Positions 45,881 through 57,623 are shown, counted from the first letter of the stretch. The stretch is 64,000 nucleotides of DNA from Nitrospiraceae bacterium (GCA_919902505.1 CAKKRE010000028.1:10530-74529); one strand, 5' to 3'. Translations and numbers: made by a program. The notes: a model not told the origin generated them from the letters alone.

Positions 45881-47257
45881 TCATTTTTTTCTGGTCATTA
45901 GTCGAATGGGCGTGCCGGAGAAATGATATTCCTTCCTGATCTGGTTTTCGAGGAAGCGGAGGTAGGCCGGGGTCATATTGTCGGGATGTCCCACAAAGAG
46001 TGCGAATGCAGGAGGGCGTGTCGCAACTTGCGTCATGAAGGCGGATTTGCTCGCTTTGGCCGGTTTTCCTTTTCTGACCGGCAGCGGATGTTCTTCCAAC
46101 AGACCCTGGAAGAATTGATTCAGGGGGCCGGTGGGAACCCGTTTGCAAAATGAGAAATAGACCTGGTCGATCAAGGCAAACAAGCCGCGCAGAAAATCCT
46201 GCTCCAGCGCCGAAATGAACAGCACCGGCGCCCAGGCGAGGAACGGGAAGCGACGTTCAAGGTCTTGTTTGTAGGCCTCGCGTGCGTGCACGTCATCGGT
46301 CTTGAGGTCCCACTTGTTGACGATGAGAATGCAGGCGCGTCCCTGCTTGAGGACGAGGCCCGCAATTTTGGTGTCCTGCTCGGTGACGCCTTCTTCCGCA
46401 TCCAGCAGCAACACGGCGATGTCCGATCGGCCGATGGCGCGCAGGGATCGGGCGACGCTGTAGCCCTCGATGCCCCGTTCCACACGACCACGTCGGCGGA
46501 TGCCGGCCGTATCGGTCAGTACGTACTGCCGGTCCTTGAATGTCGCGACCGAGTCGACGGGGTCGCGGGTCGTGCCCGGCACATCACTGACGACGACGCG
46601 TGCTTCGCCGAGGACCGAGTTGACCAAGGTGGATTTGCCGACATTCGGACGCCCGACGATGGCGATGCGGGGCGTGTCGCTCGTGGCTTCTTCGTCGAGG
46701 GGCTCGGCCATGTGCGAGAAGAGATCGTCCAGCAACTCGGCGACGCCGATGCCATGTTCGGCCGACAAGGGATACAGTTGCTCCTGCCCGAGTTGATAGA
46801 AATCGGCGACCAGCGGGTCGGCCTTCGGGGTATCGATTTTGTTGATCACGTAGTAGACGGGTTTATCGGAGCCGCGCAGGGTGTGCACGACTTCTTCATC
46901 GGCCGGCGTCAGGCCTGAGCGGGCATCCAGAACCAGGACGAGGATATCCGCCTCGGCGATGGCGAGTTGGGATTGTTGTCGGATCAGGGACAACATGCCT
47001 TCGCTGGCTGTGGGGTCCAGTCCTCCCGTATCCACCAAACGGAAGCGGCGATTGCGATAGGTGGAGTCGGCGTAGTTGCGATCCCTCGTCACGCCCGGCA
47101 CATCGTCCACGATGGCCGCCCGCGTGCCGAGGATGCGGTTGAAGAGCGTCGATTTCCCGACATTGGGCCGACCGATGAGGGCGATAATGGGCAGCCGGCC
47201 GCCCTCAAGGGTGAAGAGCGGGGCCACAGGACCGCGCGTTTGTTTGGTGCGTGACAT
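45881..47257 (-). CDS. der: Ribosome biogenesis GTPase Der (EngA)
   Basis: Two G domains (GRPNVGKS twice, DTGG/DTAG, NKID/NKWD) and a KH-like C-terminus. Confidence 0.97.
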   Translation of the reverse strand: MSRTKQTRGPVAPLFTLEGGRLPIIALIGRPNVGKSTLFNRILGTRAAIVDDVPGVTRDRNYADSTYRNRRFRLVDTGGLDPTASEGMLSLIRQQSQLAIAEADILVLVLDARSGLTPADEEVVHTLRGSDKPVYYVINKIDTPKADPLVADFYQLGQEQLYPLSAEHGIGVAELLDDLFSHMAEPLDEEATSDTPRIAIVGRPNVGKSTLVNSVLGEARVVVSDVPGTTRDPVDSVATFKDRQYVLTDTAGIRRRGRVERGIEGYSVARSLRAIGRSDIAVLLLDAEEGVTEQDTKIAGLVLKQGRACILIVNKWDLKTDDVHAREAYKQDLERRFPFLAWAPVLFISALEQDFLRGLFALIDQVYFSFCKRVPTGPLNQFFQGLLEEHPLPVRKGKPAKASKSAFMTQVATRPPAFALFVGHPDNMTPAYLRFLENQIRKEYHFSGTPIRLMTRKK

Positions 47258-47335
47258 GGTGCGCGACGGTAGCATAGAGATTTCACGGAACACAATGACT
47301 CGTCTTGTCGCGCCCGTCTCCGGTATACTGGCCGA

Positions 47336-48022
47336 ATGCTCTCACACCGCTCAGGCGCCGTCCCGCAGGCTGTCGATTGGAGTCGGATCGACGATGTGTT
47401 GCTCGACATGGACGGCACGTTACTCGACCGTCATTTCGACAACTTTTTCTTCGAGGAAGAACTGCCGAGGCGGTATGCGGCGAAGCATGCGCTGACCTTC
47501 GAGGCCGCCCGGGATAGCTTGATGGCCATGTATCGTTCTGTCGAAGGGGAATTGGCCTGGACGGATTTACACTATTGGTCGGAACGGGTAGACATCGATG
47601 TGGTGGCGATGCATCGCGAACTCGACCACATGATCGGGTTTCTTCCCGATGCCGAGGAGTTTCTCTCATCCTTGCGTCGATTGGGGAAGCGCGTGACGAT
47701 CCTGACGAACGCGCATCGGGCAGGAGTGGATGTGAAAACCGCCAAGACGGGGCTGGATCGGCATGTCGATCGTATCGTGGATGCCTTCGAGGTGGGGTGG
47801 CTCAAGATGCGATCGGAGTATTGGCCGACTTGCCGGCAATTGGTCGGATTCGATCCTGCGCGGGCGCTCTACATCGACGACGATGAGCAATGTCTGGCGG
47901 CGGCGGAAGATTTCGGGATCGGTCGGATTTTTCACCGCTCCAGGTCGAGCTCTCAGGCTTCAGCGGTTCCCTCCGCGCGGTTTACCTCCATCGAACATTT
48001 CCACGCAATCCTGCCCGGTTAA
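47336..48022 (+). CDS. HAD hydrolase, YrfG-like GMP/IMP nucleotidase
   Basis: WSRIDDVLLDMDGTLLDRHFD, LTNAH, YIDD. Confidence 0.85.
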   Translation: MLSHRSGAVPQAVDWSRIDDVLLDMDGTLLDRHFDNFFFEEELPRRYAAKHALTFEAARDSLMAMYRSVEGELAWTDLHYWSERVDIDVVAMHRELDHMIGFLPDAEEFLSSLRRLGKRVTILTNAHRAGVDVKTAKTGLDRHVDRIVDAFEVGWLKMRSEYWPTCRQLVGFDPARALYIDDDEQCLAAAEDFGIGRIFHRSRSSSQASAVPSARFTSIEHFHAILPG

Positions 48023-48068
48023 CCCGTTTGTCGCGCATCCGGTCTCTCTGCGCAATCCATCACGTGTC

Positions 48069-51000
48069 CTATTTGGCGGGATCGAGCAACTCGCGGAGTT
48101 TCTGCGCCAATTCAGTGGGGAGAAAGGGCTTCTGAATGAAGCCGGTGCCCGGTTCCGCGAGAAACGTCGGTAACACGCTCCCCTCGGCATATCCCGACAT
48201 AAAGAGAACCCGAAGCTCGGGCCATTGCCGACGCAGGTGCTCAGCCAAGGCCGGTCCTGTCATCTGCGGCATCACGACGTCCGTGAGCAGAATATGAATG
48301 GGGGTGCGGGCGGCGGCGACCAGGCGGAGCGCTTCCTGTCCGCTGGAGGCTTCCAGCAGGGTATAGCCGTAATCGGACAGGGCCTGGGTGAGCAGCAACC
48401 GGACGGCAGGCTGATCCTCGACAAGCAGGATGGTCTCCCGCCCGCAGTGTGGACGGGATGGGAGTGTCGGCGCGGCAGCGAGCGGCGGCGCCTCCACCAG
48501 TGGAAAGTAGAGGTCGAAGGTTGACCCCTCGCCGGGTGTGCTGTCGGCAAAGATGAACCCCTGGCTTTGTTTGACGATGCCATAGACCGTGGCCAATCCG
48601 AGTCCGGTTCCTTTGCCTTCTTCTTTGGTGGTGAAGAAGGGTTCGAAAATATGAGACAGGGTCGTGCTGTCCATGCCCTGCCCGGAGTCGCGGATCGACA
48701 GGTGCGCATAGGCTCCCGGGAGTAATGCGGGATGGGGCACGGGGCTGTCCGGTGCGATCAGCAGGGCCTGCGTCGCCATCGTGAGTGTTCCGCCGGCAGG
48801 CATGGCATCCTTGGCGTTCACGGCCAGATTCAGCACCACCTGATCGATCTGTCCCCTGTCTGCGCGAATGGTACAGGGCCGCGAGTCGAGATTTCTGATC
48901 AGACTGATGTCTTCGCCGATCAACCGTTCGATCATGGAGCTGATCGACGAGAGCGCCTCATTGAGGTCGAAGACCTGGAACGTCAACACTTGGCGCCGGC
49001 TGAAGGCCAGGAGTTGCCTGGTCAAGGCCGCCGCCCGCTGGCCGGCGGTCAGGATCTCCGTCAGCGAGCGACGAAGCGGATCCTCGGCCCGCACCTGGTC
49101 CAGCAGGAGCGTGGCGCACCCATTGATGACGGTGAGCAGGTTGTTGAAATCGTGGGCCACGCCGCCGGCCAAGCGGCCGATTCCTTCCATCTTGTGGGCC
49201 TGCCGGAGCTGGTCTTCGAGTTGTTTGTGCTTCGTGATATCGACGAAGAATCCGATGGAGCCGACCGCCTGGCCGGTCGGACCCTGGAGCAGGCTGCCCC
49301 ACATGTTCACATCCACCAGGGCTCCGTCCTTTTTCTGGCGGCGCAGTTCCAGATTGCGCGGCGCGGCGCCGCTCATCACCGCCGTCCACAATTCTTCCGA
49401 CACCTCTTCCTGTCCGGGAGGCACATAGGGGAGTTCCTTGCCCAGCACCTCGTCTTTGGTCCAGCCGAAGAGGGCGGTAGCGGCGGCATTCCAGGTGGTG
49501 ACGAGGCCCGCTTGGTCCAATTCGATCATCGCCAGGGGGGACTCTTCGATGATGGTCTGCAGATGGGCGGTTGTCCGGCGCAACTCGCCGGTGCGTTCAC
49601 GGACATGTTGCTCCAGCGCTTCTTGGGCTTGACGACGGTCCGACGCCTCCAGGGTCAGGGTCGCCATGGCGGCCAGGGACGCGGCGAACGTTTGTTCCTC
49701 TGTGGTCCAGACTCTGGCCGGACCGATGTGTTCGAGGCATAACACGCCGACCACGCGACCATGCCTGCGGATTGGGGCGTCCAACATGGCCACGATGCCA
49801 AGCGGGGTAAGGTATGACGGAGTCAATTCACTCGTGCGGGGATCGGTCTGTGCGTCATGCGCGGCCAATGAGTAGGGTTCGGTTTCGAGCGCATGCAGGT
49901 ACGCCGGGTATTCAACGGTCGAGAGAGTCGTTCCCTGTAGATGGTGTTTGGGGGTAGCTTCGAACAGATCCTGCAGGATCAATGCGGACTGATTCTCGTC
50001 AAAGAGCCAGATGCCGGCTCGTTCGACGGCAAACGTGCTCACCGCATATTCGGTCATGACCGGGAAGGCTTGCTGCGGGTGTCCGCTATGGATGGCCGGA
50101 TCTTCCGCCAATTCATGCAGCACGGCTTGTTGCGTTTCCAGTTTTCCCAGGCGGAGCCGTTCTATTTCTTCGCGTTGTTTCCGGTCCGTGATGTCTTCCG
50201 AAATACCCAGCAGATAGCGCGGCATGCCGGCCTGGTCGTAGAGGGGCAGCTTCTTGGTGTGGAGCCACCGGAGGCCATGATCTTTGGTCTGAATCGGTTC
50301 GGCCGGAATGTCCATCATCGTGCCGCCGGTCAGGACCTCGCGGTCTCTGGCGGTAAAGAATTCCGCCTGCTCAAGAGGGAAGAAATCGAAGTCGTTTTTC
50401 CCCAGCAGCGCTTCTCGCGGCAGGCCGATCAGTTCTTCGCCCGCTTTGTTGAGTTGGACAAAGCGCAACTCCTGGGCATCTTTCAGGAACACCATGTGGG
50501 GAATATGCTCGACGATGGATTCCAGGAGTTGGCGCGTCTGGGTCAGCGCATCCTCGATACCTTTCTGCGCGGTGACGTTCTCGCACACGATGATGATGTC
50601 GAACTCTCTGTCCGGGTTGCGCACGGCCCGGGCGGCTTCTCTCACCCAGAGCAGGCTCCCGTCCTTGCGCATCTTCCGGAAATTCCAGCGGAGGACTTCT
50701 CCCGGTCGACGGAGACAGTCGACAAAATGTTGCTGCATGCTGCCGTGATCATCCGGGTGAACGATTCCCGCCACTGGTTGACCGATCAGCTCGTGGGTCT
50801 CATAGCCCAATTCGGCGGCGGTGGTGGTATTGACCGTCAGCAATGTACCCCGGGCGTCGACGGTCAGCAGCATTTCGGGGCTGCTCTCGAACAGCGCACG
50901 GTATCGCTCCTGGCTGACGCGTAACGCTTCTTCGGTCTGTTTCCGAACGGAAATGTCGCGTACCACGGCCTGGAACCCGATGACCTCCTGGTCGCGTTGC

Positions 51001-52037
51001 AGCAGCTGCACATTCTGCCCGACCCACAGGGTCTGTTGCGTGTGGGTGATCAGGGGAAATTCACAATAGGTGCTGGCCGTCTTCCGGAGAAATTGCCGGA
51101 GGTAGAAGCGTTCCGTCGGGCGGCGGTAATCGGGATGAACGAAATCCAGCGCACGATGGCCGAGCATCTCCGTCTCGTGATACCCCAGGAGCCGGATGAC
51201 CGCGGGATTGATGAACGTAAAACGGCCGCTCCGGTCTGTCCGATAGATGATGTCCTGGGCATACTCCATGATGAAGCGATGGTGTTCGGTCTTGACGGTG
51301 AGGAGCAGTTCCATCTGCTCCCCTTCCTGCAATTGCCCGGTGAGTTGATCCACCAGTTGAGCGTTGTGATATTTCAGCCGGAGGGTTTCCAGGACGGTGT
51401 TGGAGGTCCGGTACGCCGTGTAGACCATGAGCAGCGAGAAGAGCATGGTGCAGATCGCCATCGGCTGGGCTTGCTCATGGTCGAGGGCGAAGAGTCGCAA
51501 GATGAGTGGCGTCAACATCGGAAGGGAAAAAGACAGAAAGGCGTCGAAGCGAGCGGCGAGGGTGGAAGCGGCGCCGGCCGTAATGCCTGCGAGTACAAAG
51601 GCCAGAAAGACCTGGTGGACCGGTGAGGATTCCGGAAACAGCAACAGGGCTGAGGCGCCCCAGCCGAGACCTGCGAGTGTCGTGCCGACCAGAAACGCTC
51701 GGTCCCAGCGTTCGATGTTGGCGGGGCCCGGCTTGTTGGCCATGAACGATCGGGCGAGCCCGTATCGGCCTGCCGCGAGGATCAGATGGTACACCAGCCA
51801 GACCAGCAGCCGGTCGTGCGGGACGACATGCCAATTGACCGCGATCAGGGCGAGTGCGCAGCCGAGTCCGGCCACCAGCGCGGCCGGCATCGCCCCATAG
51901 AGGAGCGTCACCCGTTGCAAGGCGATGCTGCTGTCCCGGGCTGAATCTATGGGTTTGGATAATGGAGAGGTCGACGGAGGCTCTCTGTCGGGGAACGACT
52001 GCGAGGAGGACATTCGGGTCACTCCCGTCTGCTGCAT
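48069..52037 (-). CDS. Hybrid sensor kinase (multi-TM, 3 PAS, GAF, PAS, HisKA, HATPase, REC)
   Basis: GGVAHDFNNLL H-box, NLAVNAKDAM, FEPFFTTK..GTGLGL, C-terminal REC (LVED, TDVVMP, KPF). Confidence 0.95.
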   Translation of the reverse strand: MQQTGVTRMSSSQSFPDREPPSTSPLSKPIDSARDSSIALQRVTLLYGAMPAALVAGLGCALALIAVNWHVVPHDRLLVWLVYHLILAAGRYGLARSFMANKPGPANIERWDRAFLVGTTLAGLGWGASALLLFPESSPVHQVFLAFVLAGITAGAASTLAARFDAFLSFSLPMLTPLILRLFALDHEQAQPMAICTMLFSLLMVYTAYRTSNTVLETLRLKYHNAQLVDQLTGQLQEGEQMELLLTVKTEHHRFIMEYAQDIIYRTDRSGRFTFINPAVIRLLGYHETEMLGHRALDFVHPDYRRPTERFYLRQFLRKTASTYCEFPLITHTQQTLWVGQNVQLLQRDQEVIGFQAVVRDISVRKQTEEALRVSQERYRALFESSPEMLLTVDARGTLLTVNTTTAAELGYETHELIGQPVAGIVHPDDHGSMQQHFVDCLRRPGEVLRWNFRKMRKDGSLLWVREAARAVRNPDREFDIIIVCENVTAQKGIEDALTQTRQLLESIVEHIPHMVFLKDAQELRFVQLNKAGEELIGLPREALLGKNDFDFFPLEQAEFFTARDREVLTGGTMMDIPAEPIQTKDHGLRWLHTKKLPLYDQAGMPRYLLGISEDITDRKQREEIERLRLGKLETQQAVLHELAEDPAIHSGHPQQAFPVMTEYAVSTFAVERAGIWLFDENQSALILQDLFEATPKHHLQGTTLSTVEYPAYLHALETEPYSLAAHDAQTDPRTSELTPSYLTPLGIVAMLDAPIRRHGRVVGVLCLEHIGPARVWTTEEQTFAASLAAMATLTLEASDRRQAQEALEQHVRERTGELRRTTAHLQTIIEESPLAMIELDQAGLVTTWNAAATALFGWTKDEVLGKELPYVPPGQEEVSEELWTAVMSGAAPRNLELRRQKKDGALVDVNMWGSLLQGPTGQAVGSIGFFVDITKHKQLEDQLRQAHKMEGIGRLAGGVAHDFNNLLTVINGCATLLLDQVRAEDPLRRSLTEILTAGQRAAALTRQLLAFSRRQVLTFQVFDLNEALSSISSMIERLIGEDISLIRNLDSRPCTIRADRGQIDQVVLNLAVNAKDAMPAGGTLTMATQALLIAPDSPVPHPALLPGAYAHLSIRDSGQGMDSTTLSHIFEPFFTTKEEGKGTGLGLATVYGIVKQSQGFIFADSTPGEGSTFDLYFPLVEAPPLAAAPTLPSRPHCGRETILLVEDQPAVRLLLTQALSDYGYTLLEASSGQEALRLVAAARTPIHILLTDVVMPQMTGPALAEHLRRQWPELRVLFMSGYAEGSVLPTFLAEPGTGFIQKPFLPTELAQKLRELLDPAK

Positions 52038-52172
52038 GGACGAATGCGACGATAGTGCATGCTACGGTGCAGTCTACAAAATTGCCGATGGGGATACAAT
52101 TTCCCTGTTTCATGTCGCGCACGGTTCGGCTGGTTCCGAAAGCGGTGTGAGGCGAAGGTCGTGACGACTGGG

Positions 52173-52829
52173 TCAGGTTTCGAGGCTGGAATGCAGGGAC
52201 GGTTGTCCGGTGACGCGGGCGGTGCCGCGATACATTTCCCCGCCGATTCTCGGGACGCCGGGGAGGCAATAACGATCAAGTTGTTCCAGCCGCAGGCCTG
52301 CGTCCAGTACCAGTCGATCGATGCGGCGATTGAGATGGCAGCCGCAGGCCAGGAGGTGTTGCAGCGGGTTGAGTCGATCCTGCCACCGGGCGATGAAGGG
52401 ATTGTCGCTGCGGCCATGCTCCAGGAACAGGAAGCGGCCATCCGGCTTCAGCACCCGGCGAATGTCGCGTAGCGCCCTCGCCGGATCCGGAATCGTGCAA
52501 AGGGTGAAGGTGCTGACCGCGTAGTCGAAGCTGGCATCGTCATAGGGCAATCGTTCGGCGCTGACATGCTGAATGTGAACGGGGAACGAAGCCTGTGCCA
52601 CCCGCACGGCGACTCGATCCGGCAAGAGTGGGGCGGGATCGACGGTGTGCAGAGCGGTCACGGTTGTGGGGTAGTGCGGCAGGTTCAATCCGGTTCCGAA
52701 CCCGATTTCCAGGACGACTCCATGTACCGGCGTCAGCAGGAGCCGGCGTTCGGTCTGAAACCGTTCGCCCCTGAGCACCCAGTCCATGAGTCGCGGAAAG
52801 ATGTAGGTGGCGTACATCGGTGTTGGCAA
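52173..52829 (-). CDS. Class I SAM-dependent methyltransferase
   Basis: VLEIGFGTG, LPYDDASFD, LCTIPD, LKPDGRFLFLEHG. Confidence 0.92.
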   Translation of the reverse strand: MPTPMYATYIFPRLMDWVLRGERFQTERRLLLTPVHGVVLEIGFGTGLNLPHYPTTVTALHTVDPAPLLPDRVAVRVAQASFPVHIQHVSAERLPYDDASFDYAVSTFTLCTIPDPARALRDIRRVLKPDGRFLFLEHGRSDNPFIARWQDRLNPLQHLLACGCHLNRRIDRLVLDAGLRLEQLDRYCLPGVPRIGGEMYRGTARVTGQPSLHSSLET

Positions 52830-53043
52830 AAGTCTGTGAGGTCGTGCGCGGTCGATCTTCGGCGACCGGTTGTTCCGGCATTTGAACAGGACTCGATTCC
52901 GGGATCAAGTGAGGGGGGATCCTTCGCGGTCGAATCGGTCACTGTTTGTCCCGTCTCGTCCTTGTCGCTCCGTGCGGCGTGTGCTAGAGTCGTCCGTTCT
53001 TTCATCGAACACGAACGATTGCCTCGCATATGACGATACCACA

Positions 53044-55479
53044 ATGAGCAAGACGTACGATCATCAGGCCCTCGAATCGAAGTGGCAGACCTATTGGGAG
53101 ACGCATCGCCCGTTTCGGGCGTTGGACGATCATTCCAAGCCCAAGTTCTATTGCCTCGATATGTTCCCATACCCGTCCGGGTCGGGTCTGCACGTCGGGC
53201 ACTTGGAAGGGTACACCGCTACGGATATCGTATCCCGCTATAAACGGATGTGCGGCTTCAACGTGTTGCATCCCATGGGGTGGGATGCGTTCGGGTTGCC
53301 CGCGGAACAGTATGCGGTGAAAACCGGCGTGCATCCTGCCATCACCACGGCGCAGAACATTGCGACCTTTAAACGGCAGATGAAGCGAGTCGGGTTGTCT
53401 TACGATTGGGAACGCGAGCTCAGCACGACCGACCAGGACTACTATCGTTGGACCCAGTGGATTTTTCTGAAGCTGTTCGAACGGGGCCTTGCCTACGTAG
53501 CGGAAGTGCCGGTGAACTGGTGCCCTGCCTTGGGGACCGTGCTGGCCAACGAAGAAATCGTAGACGGCAAAAGCGAGGTCGGCGGGTTCGATGTCATTCG
53601 CAAGCCGATGCGGCAGTGGGTGTTGAAGATCACTGCCTATGCGGAGCGATTGCTCGAAGATCTAACCTTGGTCGAATGGCCGACCAGCACGCTCGAGATG
53701 CAAAAGAATTGGATTGGCCGGTCGGTCGGCGCCGAAGTCGATTTTCCCTTGGCCGACACGACGGGCAATCTGCGCGTGTTTACGACCCGCCCCGACACGC
53801 TCTTCGGTGCGACCTATATGGTATTGGCGCCGGAACATCCGCTCGTCGACGTGGTGGCGGCGCCGGAGCAGCGTGAGCAGGTGACGGCCTACCGCGATGC
53901 GGCGTCCCGCAAGAGCGATCTGCAGCGTCAGGAACTGGATAAGGTCAAGACCGGTGTCTTTACCGGCGGGTATGCCGTCAATCCGGTGAACCAGGAGCGC
54001 CTGCCGATCTGGATCGCCGACTATGTGCTTATGAGTTACGGCACCGGCGCGATTATGGCGGTGCCGGCCCATGACGAACGTGACTGGGCCTTCGCGACGC
54101 AATATCACCTGCCGATCCGGGAAGTCATTCAAGGTGGGCAGGTGGACCAGGCGGCCTTCGTCGAGACGGACCGGGGACGCGTCGTCAACTCCACCACGCC
54201 CGATGGGTCGTTCTCAATTGATGGACTGCGACCGAGCGAAGCGATCCCAAAAATAACCGCCTGGCTCGAAACCAAGGGCAGGGGCAAGAAGACGATCAAT
54301 TACAAACTCCGGGACTGGCTCTTTGCCCGGCAGCGTTATTGGGGCGAGCCATTTCCTATCGTGTGGGTCGACGGTGAGCCCCGTCCCTTGCCCGAGGAGC
54401 AATTGCCGCTCCCATTGCCTGAGACCAAGAATTTCAAACCGTCCGGCAGCGGCGAAAGCCCCTTGGCGAATCTCCACGATTGGCTGGAGACGACGGATCC
54501 TGTGACCGGAAAACCGGCGCGACGCGAGACGAACACCATGCCGCAATGGGCCGGGTCCTGCTGGTATTACCTGCGGTTCATCGATCCGAAGAATGCCCTG
54601 CAGGTGGTCGATCCGGCGAAGGAGCGCTACTGGATGCCGGTGGACCTCTACATCGGCGGCAGCGAACACGCGGTGCTGCATCTGTTGTATAGCCGGTTCT
54701 GGCACAAGGTGTTGTTCGACGCCGGGGTGGTCAGCACGCCGGAACCGTTTAAGAAGCTGGTGCACCAGGGCATTGTGTTGGGCGAAGACAATCAGAAGAT
54801 GTCGAAGTCGCGTGGCAACGTGGTGAACCCGGACGAGATGATCGACCAGTTCGGGGCCGATGCGGTGCGGCTCTATGAAATGTTCATGGGCCCGCTCGAA
54901 TCCATGAAGCCCTGGAGTACCCGTGGCGTGGAAGGCATCACGCGATTTCTCGATCGTGTCTGGCGATTGATGATCGGCGACGACGGTGCGTTGAGTCCGG
55001 CGGTTTCGGATGCCGAGCCGACAACCGAGCAGCTGCGGCTGCTCCATTACACCATTAAAAAAGTGACCGACGATATCGAGGCCCTGCGATTCAACACCGC
55101 GATCTCGCAGATGATGGTGTTTACGAACGACATGACGAAGCTGGAGCAGCGGCCGCGCCGTCTACTGGAACCGTTTGTGTTGTTGCTCTTGCCGTTTGCG
55201 CCGCATCTGAGTGAGGAGTTGTGGGAACGTCTCGGTCAACAACCGAGCGCCGGCCAGCAAGCATGGCCGCAATTCGATCCCGCGTTGGTGGTCAGCGATC
55301 GGTTGACGATCCCGATCCAGGTCAACGGAAAGCTCCGGGGAAAACTCGATGTCGACGCCGGGGCGTCACGCGAGCAGCTGGAGCCTCTGGCTAAAAAAGA
55401 AGTGGCCGAATGGCTGCAGGGGAAAGAGCCGAAGAAGGTCATTTACGTCGAGAAGAAATTGATCAACTTCGTGGTGTGA
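53044..55479 (+). CDS. leuS: Leucine--tRNA ligase
   Basis: [15 protein letters not shown] (HIGH motif), KMSKS, RQRYWG; start moved from 52870. Confidence 0.98.
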   Translation: MSKTYDHQALESKWQTYWETHRPFRALDDHSKPKFYCLDMFPYPSGSGLHVGHLEGYTATDIVSRYKRMCGFNVLHPMGWDAFGLPAEQYAVKTGVHPAITTAQNIATFKRQMKRVGLSYDWERELSTTDQDYYRWTQWIFLKLFERGLAYVAEVPVNWCPALGTVLANEEIVDGKSEVGGFDVIRKPMRQWVLKITAYAERLLEDLTLVEWPTSTLEMQKNWIGRSVGAEVDFPLADTTGNLRVFTTRPDTLFGATYMVLAPEHPLVDVVAAPEQREQVTAYRDAASRKSDLQRQELDKVKTGVFTGGYAVNPVNQERLPIWIADYVLMSYGTGAIMAVPAHDERDWAFATQYHLPIREVIQGGQVDQAAFVETDRGRVVNSTTPDGSFSIDGLRPSEAIPKITAWLETKGRGKKTINYKLRDWLFARQRYWGEPFPIVWVDGEPRPLPEEQLPLPLPETKNFKPSGSGESPLANLHDWLETTDPVTGKPARRETNTMPQWAGSCWYYLRFIDPKNALQVVDPAKERYWMPVDLYIGGSEHAVLHLLYSRFWHKVLFDAGVVSTPEPFKKLVHQGIVLGEDNQKMSKSRGNVVNPDEMIDQFGADAVRLYEMFMGPLESMKPWSTRGVEGITRFLDRVWRLMIGDDGALSPAVSDAEPTTEQLRLLHYTIKKVTDDIEALRFNTAISQMMVFTNDMTKLEQRPRRLLEPFVLLLLPFAPHLSEELWERLGQQPSAGQQAWPQFDPALVVSDRLTIPIQVNGKLRGKLDVDAGASREQLEPLAKKEVAEWLQGKEPKKVIYVEKKLINFVV

Positions 55480-55483
55480 TGCC

Positions 55484-56119
55484 GTGCACCGGTACCTGTC
55501 AGCTTGTATTATATGTCTTCTGGCGATGACCATCACCGGCTGTGGCTATCAGTTCCGGGTGCAAGGCGCTGGGCCCACGGTCGGGGGTGCGCCGGAGGCG
55601 GAGACGAAGCGGCCACATGCGCCACGACTGGCCATCCTTCCTATTGCGAACAGCACCTACGAAGCGAATTTTGAAGTCAAGCTGGCGAACTACCTGCGTC
55701 GGGAATTCTCGGCCGGCGCGGGGGCGGAAATCGTGGGCCCCTCGGCGGGTGCCGACCTCTACATGTCCGGACAGATCATGCAGATTCTGTTGCCCACCCT
55801 TAGTTTCGACCAGACCACGACGTTTGAAAGCCGGGTGGAAATGCTCGTGAGTGTGAGGATCGAAGAGGCCAAAACGAAAAAGGTCGTCTGGTACCAGGTC
55901 GCGAAGGGAACCTCTGAGTTTTTTCTGACCCAGGATCTGCAATTCAACCGGGTGCTGCAGAATCGGGCGTTGGAGCAGGCGGGTCGGTTCGTTGCGGAAG
56001 ATCTCGCCTCACGATTCCTGCTCTTTCTGGATACGGGCGAGTTAGAGAAGGCGTTGCAGCGTCCGGTGAAGGCCGAGGCCGCTCCGGCCGGCGGAGCCCC
56101 GCCTGCCTTGGCGCGCTGA
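55484..56119 (+). CDS. lptE: LptE-family lipoprotein
   Basis: ITGCGYQFR lipobox; conserved leuS-lptE-holA order. Confidence 0.8.
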   Translation: MHRYLSACIICLLAMTITGCGYQFRVQGAGPTVGGAPEAETKRPHAPRLAILPIANSTYEANFEVKLANYLRREFSAGAGAEIVGPSAGADLYMSGQIMQILLPTLSFDQTTTFESRVEMLVSVRIEEAKTKKVVWYQVAKGTSEFFLTQDLQFNRVLQNRALEQAGRFVAEDLASRFLLFLDTGELEKALQRPVKAEAAPAGGAPPALAR

Positions 56120-56140
56120 CGAGATGGGAGCTCTCCACGA

Positions 56141-57250
56141 ATGAGTGCCTCAGTCATGAGTATGGAACTGCCACAGTCCCTCGCGCGTAGCGGGGTGGCG
56201 CCGCTCTATGCCGTGGTGGGCGAGGAAGACTATCTCCGGGACCAGTCCGTTGCCGCGTTGAAGGCCGCGGCCCTGGGATCGGCGGCGGACAGCGGCTTCA
56301 ATCACGATATCTTTCACGGGGATGACTGCTCGGTTGAGGATGTGTTGGCTTGCGCGGCGGAGATTCCGGTGTTCGCCGAACGCCGCGTGGTGGTCTATAA
56401 ATCTGTCGAAAAGCTCCCGGCCCGGGAAGGCGAAAAACTTCTCCCCTATTTCGCGGCTCCCAACGACACGACGACGTTGATCGTGGTGGGTGCCAAGCTG
56501 GACGGGCGGATGAAATGGACCCAAGCCTTGACGAAGCGGGCGGTGACGGTCAATTGCGCCCCGTTGCGCGACGCGCAGCTCTCGACATGGATCCGCCAGG
56601 AGGCGGCGGCATTGGGAGTGCGCATCCACGAGGAGGCGACGCAGTTACTCAAGGAGGTGGGGAACGAGTCACTCTACGCGGTGAAACGGGAGTTGGAGAA
56701 GCTTGCCGCCTATGTGCCGCCAGACCGAACCGTGCAATCGGTGGATGTCGAGGCGCTGAGGGGGACCGAGTCCGGTGCATCGGTGTTCGATCTCATGAAC
56801 GCCATCGGGGTGCATGATCATGGACGGGCATTACGAATCCTTGCCAGAAACCTGGAAAATGGAGAGGCTCCGCTCCGGATTCTCGGCGCCCTGGTGTGGC
56901 AATACCGACGGCTGTGGAAAATGAAAGAGCAGGTCAAGTCAAGCGGTCGGGAAGGCGAGGCCGCCAGGACGCTACGGATGGACCCCTCACGAGTGCGTGG
57001 TTTCCTGGCGCAATTTTCAGACGCGCAGCTGACGCAGACGTTTCAGTGGTTTTTGGAAACCGACTCGAAGCTCAAAGGCGGGAGTGGAAGTGCCCCCGTG
57101 CGTGTGATGGAGGATTTGTTGTTTCGGCTCTGCGGGCAGCCGCCGAAACCAGCATCACCGGTGGAGCCTGTGCATCCAACACCACCGGTCCCGCGCCCAT
57201 CAGGTTCGAGACCGGTGTCGAATGTCAGAACCGTTACGCGGAAGCGGTGA
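56141..57250 (+). CDS. holA: DNA polymerase III delta subunit
   Basis: LYAVVGEEDYL, PVFAERRVV, ELEKLAAY, SVFDL; synteny. Confidence 0.92.
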   Translation: MSASVMSMELPQSLARSGVAPLYAVVGEEDYLRDQSVAALKAAALGSAADSGFNHDIFHGDDCSVEDVLACAAEIPVFAERRVVVYKSVEKLPAREGEKLLPYFAAPNDTTTLIVVGAKLDGRMKWTQALTKRAVTVNCAPLRDAQLSTWIRQEAAALGVRIHEEATQLLKEVGNESLYAVKRELEKLAAYVPPDRTVQSVDVEALRGTESGASVFDLMNAIGVHDHGRALRILARNLENGEAPLRILGALVWQYRRLWKMKEQVKSSGREGEAARTLRMDPSRVRGFLAQFSDAQLTQTFQWFLETDSKLKGGSGSAPVRVMEDLLFRLCGQPPKPASPVEPVHPTPPVPRPSGSRPVSNVRTVTRKR

Positions 57251-57509
57251 TCGCGTTCACGCGTACGGTGAGCCGGGAGACGCGGCGCGAGGCCGTGTTG
57301 GGCTTTAAGACACCCTTAGTCACCGCTTTGCTCAACGCTGACGTGGCTTCCCGAAGGGTGGCCTTGGCTTCATCCGGCTTCTTGGCCGCGATCGCATCCT
57401 GAACCTTGCGGAGGATGCTCCGGACCGAGCTGATGGTGGAGCGGTTGCGCAAACGACGCTTCTCAGATTGACGGGCACGGCGAATCGTGGATTTGTGGAC
57501 AACAGGCAT
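57234..57509 (-). CDS. rpsT: 30S ribosomal protein S20
   Basis: HKSTIRRARQSEKRRLRNRS..KGVLKPNTASRRVSRL. Confidence 0.97.
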   Translation of the reverse strand: MPVVHKSTIRRARQSEKRRLRNRSTISSVRSILRKVQDAIAAKKPDEAKATLREATSALSKAVTKGVLKPNTASRRVSRLTVRVNAITASA

Positions 57510-57623
57510 ACGGATTCTCCTACGTTCAAAGCTTGAGCTTGTAACATAGGATGAGAAGAGAGGTCAAGGACACTGAAAGGAGTCAGCCGGGCCTCGAGGC
57601 AACCCGGGGGTAACGGCGTACAC

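Noticed and set aside
49941-50924. 327-aa plus-strand ORF
   Set aside because: Antisense to the hybrid kinase PAS/GAF region
52870-53043. N-terminal extension of leuS or a T-box leader
   Set aside because: LeuRS homology starts at MSKTYDH, and no T-box consensus was recognised
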